Source: Hyphomicrobiaceae bacterium (GTDB taxonomy: Bacteria; Pseudomonadota; Alphaproteobacteria; Rhizobiales; Hyphomicrobiaceae). From it: DNA of 62,010 nucleotides. A program made the translations under genes and the position numbers. The notes under the pieces were generated by a model, which worked only from the letters and a program-made list of their open reading frames with translations, was not told where the DNA came from and made no database searches. Numbering within the stretch: the first letter of the stretch is position 1; each line of letters starts with the position of its first letter. This document shows positions 57,431 through 62,010 of the stretch, one piece after another. The DNA is taken from the NCBI GenBank assembly GCA_031401535.1, contig JANNRP010000387.1, positions 1 through 62,010 of the forward strand, in the 5' to 3' direction.

Positions 57431-57605
57431 ATTTAATTGAAATGGAGGAATTTTCTAGCTGCGGCCTCGCCGATGAGGATTAATCACTACAAAGCGACGC
57501 GCCCAAGCGTCGTTGGTTGCGTCTTGCTCGCCAGCAGCCACTTGATCCCCGTTTGATGATCGAGCCTCTTGCATCGACAGCGCACACCTGTGGTATCCTT
57601 CGGAT

Positions 57606-58286
57606 ATGCCTGATCTCACCCGCTCGATAGCCTCAAAATTCTCAACTGCGCGCCTGCGCGAACTTGCCAGTCGGCATCTGCACACCAATCCGTCGGACGA
57701 TATTTTCGATCCGCGCAGCGGCCAGACCTGGGCGCCAAGTGACTTCGACCTCAATCCCGACATGGTCGCCGACTTTGCCGTAATGGAACCGGCGAGACCG
57801 GCCGCAGTATTGATTCCCATCGTCGCACGTGACGAGCTTATGGTTCTGTTCACGCAGCGCACCACCAATCTTTCCACGCACGCGGGACAGATTGCATTCC
57901 CAGGTGGGCGCGTTGATCCGGAGGATGCATCAATTACTGACGCGGCGCTGCGCGAAGCCGAGGAGGAAATCGGACTAGACCGCCGGTTCGTCGAACCGCT
58001 CGGCTTTATCGACAGCTACCGCACCGGCACCGGCTTCCGAATCTCGCCCGTGGTCGCCATCGTTGCGCCCGGCTTCACCTTGACCCTCAATCCTGCCGAA
58101 GTATCCGACGTCTTCGAGGTACCCCTGCAATTCCTGATGGATCAAAACAACCATCAACGCCACGAGCGTGAATGGCGCGGGCGGCGACGCTCGTTCTATG
58201 CGATGCCCTATGGCGAGCGTTATATCTGGGGTGCAACTGCCGGCATGCTTAAAAACATGCATGCGCGGCTCTACGATCAGACCTGA
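57606..58286 (+). CDS. NUDIX hydrolase, CoA pyrophosphatase-like
   Basis: Nudix box GGRVDPEDASITDAALREAEEEIGL and an upstream LTQR-like motif (LFTQRT). Confidence 0.85.
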   Translation: MPDLTRSIASKFSTARLRELASRHLHTNPSDDIFDPRSGQTWAPSDFDLNPDMVADFAVMEPARPAAVLIPIVARDELMVLFTQRTTNLSTHAGQIAFPGGRVDPEDASITDAALREAEEEIGLDRRFVEPLGFIDSYRTGTGFRISPVVAIVAPGFTLTLNPAEVSDVFEVPLQFLMDQNNHQRHEREWRGRRRSFYAMPYGERYIWGATAGMLKNMHARLYDQT

Positions 58287-58319
58287 ACCCGGCATCGAGA
58301 CTTGTTTGAAAAGCGCCCC

Positions 58320-58586
58320 ATGATCCGCATTATCATTGAAAACCTGCTGCTGTTCCTCGCGCCGACGCTGATCTACCTCACTTACACGTACATAAGGCGG
58401 CAGGGCACCGGCTCGACCCAACCGCTATTCGACGATGCGCCGATCCTGTTGCTCTCATCGGCCGGTGCGCTGCTTGTCGTCATCGTTTTGATATTCTTCG
58501 GCACCACATCAGGAAATAATACCGGGAAGGCCTATGAGCCTGCGATCTATAAAGATGGCGTGATCCAACCAGGCCGAATCAAATAG
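58320..58586 (+). CDS. Small two-helix membrane protein
   Basis: Starts MIRIIIENLLLFLAPTLIYL, with a second TM helix. It is tightly packed between nudix and cca. Confidence 0.55.
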   Translation: MIRIIIENLLLFLAPTLIYLTYTYIRRQGTGSTQPLFDDAPILLLSSAGALLVVIVLIFFGTTSGNNTGKAYEPAIYKDGVIQPGRIK

Positions 58587-58589
58587 CCA

Positions 58590-59882
58590 ATGTCGACACG
58601 TCCTGCTAACGACGCCTTCTCTGCCGCTGAGGGACGGCCGCGTCTTATCAACACAACTTGGCTGGAAGCGACCTCAACGCAGACTGTGCTGCTTGCGCTT
58701 AGTATGCGCGGCAACAAAGCACGGGTCGTTGGCGGCGCGGTGCGCAACGCCGCCATGGGACGCGCTGTGCGCGATATCGACATCGCGACAGATGCAACGC
58801 CGGAGGAGGTGATGGCGTTGGCGGCAACGGCTGGCCTCAAGACTGCTCCAACCGGATTAGCCCATGGCACCGTGACGGTGTTTGCAAGCGGCGTACCATT
58901 CGAAGTGACCACGCTGCGCCACGATGTGGAAACCGATGGTCGCCATGCCACAGTTGCATTTACAGATGATTGGACGGCAGACGCCAGCCGCCGCGACTTC
59001 ACCATCAACGCGCTTTATTGCGACGCTGACGGGACCGTCTTCGACCCCCTCGACGGCTTTCCCGACCTGATCGCCAGCAGGGTACGTTTTGTCGGTGATG
59101 CGCGATGCCGCATTGCCGAAGATTATTTGCGCATCCTGCGGTTCTTTCGCTTCTCGGCGGAATATGCAGCGGGTGCGTTGGATGCCGAAGGCCTTGCCAG
59201 TTGCGTTGCTGGCCGATCCGGATTGCAACAACTTTCAGCAGAACGTATTCGCGCCGAATTGATGAAGCTGCTGGTGGCGCCTGGTGCCGTGCGCGTGGTC
59301 AGCACCATGTATGATAACGGACTGTTGCAGCAAGTGCTCGGCGTCGCGCCGCAAGTGGCCTTGTTCGAACGATTGGTGACGATCGAAGCGGCATTGAATA
59401 CGCCTCCTGATCCCGCCTTACGACTGGGCGCATTGACCGTCGCCGTGACTGAGGACGCCAGCCGCGTCGCTGAACGCCTGAGGCTATCCAACCGTGAACG
59501 CGATCTGATTGCAGCAAGCATCTGGCGCGATGTTGCCCAACTGCGATCAATCGATGACGCTGAAGCTCGTCGCCAACTTTACGCGCGCGGTAACGCGGGA
59601 TTGCGCAACGCGCTCGTGATGGCATGGGCGGCATCCGGCGATGCAACGGACCATCCACGATGGCATCAGCTACTTGAAATTAGCGGCCATGTGCCACCGC
59701 AGTTGCCAGTCACAGGCAAAGACGTCATTGCACGCGGTGCGGTGCCAGGCCCACGAATCGGAGACATATTGCGAGAACTGGAACACTGGTGGATCGCGAA
59801 CGGGTTCACTGACGACCGCCAACTCATCGACCAGAAACTGACCGAAACCATACGCCTAATTACAGTGCCTCCCGCTATTTAG
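58590..59882 (+). CDS. cca: CCA-adding tRNA nucleotidyltransferase (poly(A) polymerase family)
   Basis: GGAVRN...DIDIAT head-domain motifs, and RRDFTINA. Confidence 0.9.
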   Translation: MSTRPANDAFSAAEGRPRLINTTWLEATSTQTVLLALSMRGNKARVVGGAVRNAAMGRAVRDIDIATDATPEEVMALAATAGLKTAPTGLAHGTVTVFASGVPFEVTTLRHDVETDGRHATVAFTDDWTADASRRDFTINALYCDADGTVFDPLDGFPDLIASRVRFVGDARCRIAEDYLRILRFFRFSAEYAAGALDAEGLASCVAGRSGLQQLSAERIRAELMKLLVAPGAVRVVSTMYDNGLLQQVLGVAPQVALFERLVTIEAALNTPPDPALRLGALTVAVTEDASRVAERLRLSNRERDLIAASIWRDVAQLRSIDDAEARRQLYARGNAGLRNALVMAWAASGDATDHPRWHQLLEISGHVPPQLPVTGKDVIARGAVPGPRIGDILRELEHWWIANGFTDDRQLIDQKLTETIRLITVPPAI

Positions 59883-59928
59883 GCAGAAGATCAAGGAGCA
59901 GAAACATCGCCGATCACCTGATGTAACG

Positions 59929-61227
59929 TTAAGCCTTACCTGTCAGCCGCACTTCGACCGAGCGGCGATGCGCCTCCAGGCCTTCGGCGCGCGCCAGCGT
60001 CATGGCGTGAGGACCGAGGCTCGCCAATGAGGCCGCGGTCAGCTTCAGGATCGACGTACGCTTCATGAAGTCGAGGGTACCGAGGCCGGACGAGAAACGG
60101 GCACTGCGCGCCGTCGGCAGCACATGGTTCGACCCCGATACATAGTCGCCGATCACCTCCGGCGTGTGACGTCCAAGGAAAATTGCACCGGCGTTGCGGA
60201 TGCGGTTGCTTAATCCTTCCGGATCGGCAGTCGCGATTTCAAGATGCTCGGCGGCAATCCGGTCGGCAAGCGCCGGGGCCTCGTCAAAAGAACGCAGCAC
60301 GATGACCGCGCCGAACACGTTCCAACTTTCACCGGCAATGTTGCCACGTGGCAGCACGCTGAGCTGGCGGGCCACGGCCGCCTCGACGGCAGTGGCGAAT
60401 GCAACATCATCCGTCATCAAAATGGCTTGCGCAGCCGTGTCATGCTCAGCCTGGGCCAGTAGATCAGCCGCAATCCATTCGGGATTGTTGTCGGCATCCG
60501 CGATCACCAGAACTTCCGACGGTCCAGCGATGGAATCGATACCGACCGTGCCGAACACCTGGCGCTTGGCTGCGGCCACGTAGGCATTGCCAGGACCGAC
60601 AATCTTTACAACGGGTGCGATCGTGGCCGTACCATACGACAATGCCGCGATCGCTTGCGCGCCGCCGATCCGGTAGATCTCCTCGACACCTGCAATGCGA
60701 GCGGCAGCCAGCACCAGCGGATTGAGTTCGCCATGGGGCGACGGCACCACCATGACGATACGCGGGACGCCTGCGACCTGGGCCGGCACCGCATTCATCA
60801 GCACGGAGCTTGGATAGGAAGCGAGGCCACCTGGAACATAGAGCCCGACCGATTCGACCGCAGTCCAGCGGCTACCGAGCTCGGCACCGAGCACATCGAT
60901 GTAATAGTCGTCTGACGGACGCTGACGCCGATGGTGGGCCTCGATACGGTCGCGGGCGAAGGTTAGCGAAGTGAGTGTTTCGGCCGAGCAACTGGCAAAC
61001 GCCGCATCGATCTCGGCGGAGCTGATGCGCAATGTTGCTGGGCTCAGCGTGAGATGATCGAATTTCGTCGTATAGTCGATCAGCGCGGCATCGCCCCGCG
61101 CCCGCACGTCAGCGATGATGGCCCGCACGGTGGCGTCCACGTCGGCCGACGCCTCGCGCTTGGCGCCGAGGAAGGTTCGAAACCGCTGCTCGAAATCCGC
61201 ATCAGCCGTCGCAAGCCGTTCCGCCAT
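59929..61227 (-). CDS. hisD: Histidinol dehydrogenase
   Basis: Full-length HisD pattern (GLYVPGG, IAGPSE, AQAEHD, GDY..G.NHVLPT). Confidence 0.95.
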   Translation of the reverse strand: MAERLATADADFEQRFRTFLGAKREASADVDATVRAIIADVRARGDAALIDYTTKFDHLTLSPATLRISSAEIDAAFASCSAETLTSLTFARDRIEAHHRRQRPSDDYYIDVLGAELGSRWTAVESVGLYVPGGLASYPSSVLMNAVPAQVAGVPRIVMVVPSPHGELNPLVLAAARIAGVEEIYRIGGAQAIAALSYGTATIAPVVKIVGPGNAYVAAAKRQVFGTVGIDSIAGPSEVLVIADADNNPEWIAADLLAQAEHDTAAQAILMTDDVAFATAVEAAVARQLSVLPRGNIAGESWNVFGAVIVLRSFDEAPALADRIAAEHLEIATADPEGLSNRIRNAGAIFLGRHTPEVIGDYVSGSNHVLPTARSARFSSGLGTLDFMKRTSILKLTAASLASLGPHAMTLARAEGLEAHRRSVEVRLTGKA

Positions 61228-61253
61228 GTCACGATCCTTGGTTCGTAAATCGA

Positions 61254-61715
61254 TCAGACCTTGGTCTCGGGATGCCGAGGCTTGCCCTTGGCAGACCAGG
61301 CTGCACCCAGGTCTTTCAGCTCACCTTCGATGCACTCGACATCGAGCCTCACTGCGGCATCGCCCGCAAATACGAGCGTAATACGCCCGGCCGGCGCGCC
61401 GGTCTCTTCGAACTGCAATGCCAGCAGGGATAGCGTGCGACGCTTATCCTTGAGGTCGAGGCCCGATATCTTGGCAGCCGTTACGCGTTCGAAACGGAGC
61501 GCCGTGCGATGGCGATAGAAGACGCTCTCGGCTGCCTTTTCAGGATCTTTTCCGGCCGCCGACCAGTCAAACCGATTAGCCAGCAACGCGAACCGGCACT
61601 CGCCTGCCAGATACGCCATATCGCCAACCTGGCACACGGCATCCTGCATGTGGGCAGACAGCACGCCCAGGTCTTCGGCATCGAGGGCCAGCAGCTTCAA
61701 AGGGTCAACCACCAT
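61254..61715 (-). CDS. DUF2948 protein
   Basis: 153 aa, starting LKLLALDAEDLGVLSAH. It holds the conserved position upstream of hisD in alphaproteobacteria. Confidence 0.7.
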   Translation of the reverse strand: MVVDPLKLLALDAEDLGVLSAHMQDAVCQVGDMAYLAGECRFALLANRFDWSAAGKDPEKAAESVFYRHRTALRFERVTAAKISGLDLKDKRRTLSLLALQFEETGAPAGRITLVFAGDAAVRLDVECIEGELKDLGAAWSAKGKPRHPETKV

Positions 61716-61814
61716 TGCGCATCCTCAGAGAAAATGTGCGCCAGACATAATATTACGGGGCAAGCAGCGCAATGCGCCACTTGCCCCGTATATCGACGAC
61801 GTCAATACGACGCC

Positions 61815-62009
61815 TCAGTAGCTCTTGCGACCATCGCGACGGTCGCCTGAGCGATTGGCGTCTGAGCGACCGGCGCTTGCGGGCCGAGCAGCGGACCGAT
61901 CACGATTTTCCGGTCGACGGTTTTCTCCGGTGCGCGCACGGTTGGCCTCTGGCTTGGCGCCATCGCGGCTCGCATCACGGCCACCGTCGCGGAAAGGCTT
62001 ACGCTGATC
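61815..62009 (-). CDS. C-terminal Arg/Asp/Gly-rich tail of an unidentified protein (partial; continues right of the window)
   Basis: The frame is open from the window edge to TGA at 61815-61817. It reads DQRKPFRDGGRDASRDG...RSGDRRDGRKSY*. It is not in the ORF track because no start codon lies in the window. Confidence 0.4.
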   Translation of the reverse strand, partial: DQRKPFRDGGRDASRDGAKPEANRARTGENRRPENRDRSAARPASAGRSDANRSGDRRDGRKSY

Positions 62010-62010
62010 G

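Noticed and set aside
61802-61984. Track ORFs 61802-61984(-) and 61825-62007(+) as genes at the right edge.
   Set aside because: A different minus-strand frame is open from the window edge to a stop at 61815 and has the look of a natural Arg/Asp-rich C-terminal tail. The listed ORFs are short and Ala/Pro-rich, and they overlap it.

Overview
Visibly GC-rich alphaproteobacterial chromosome segment. It looks Bradyrhizobiaceae/Nitrobacteraceae-like, judged only from protein resemblance. About 65 coding regions are supported. The left ~24.7 kb looks accessory. It holds an IS21 end that truncates an L,D-transpeptidase gene, two orphan hypothetical genes, and a DUF2064/GT2/epimerase/membrane-GT/patatin envelope cluster. 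It also holds a lineage-II chlorite-dismutase-like gene and a translationally coupled operon: PhnCDE-type ABC importer, then an FAD-oxidoreductase::SelD fusion, then DoxX. Next come a methyltransferase, SPASM radical-SAM enzyme, phosphodiesterase, HAD phosphatase and nucleoside phosphorylase. The accessory part ends with a 5'-truncated IS1182 transposase, a tRNA-Ala 3' fragment and a DUF3489/DUF2924(nonsense)/serine-recombinase module abutting tRNA-Tyr. The rest looks mostly core: rlmB, two small secreted proteins, a PrtD/HlyD type I secretion pair, an exopolysaccharide/aminosugar cluster and a catalase-related protein. It continues with a tight five-gene operon of largely unknown function, small catabolic genes, the ferredoxin-cysG-DUF2849-cysI-DUF934 sulfite reduction operon, nudL-like, cca and hisD. 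The two strongest finds are a tRNA-Leu(UAA) gene split by a 271-nt group I intron, and the SelD-fusion/ABC operon with no recognisable selenophosphate consumer nearby. No CRISPR array or rRNA was seen. All family assignments rest on motif recognition by eye, with no searches run.
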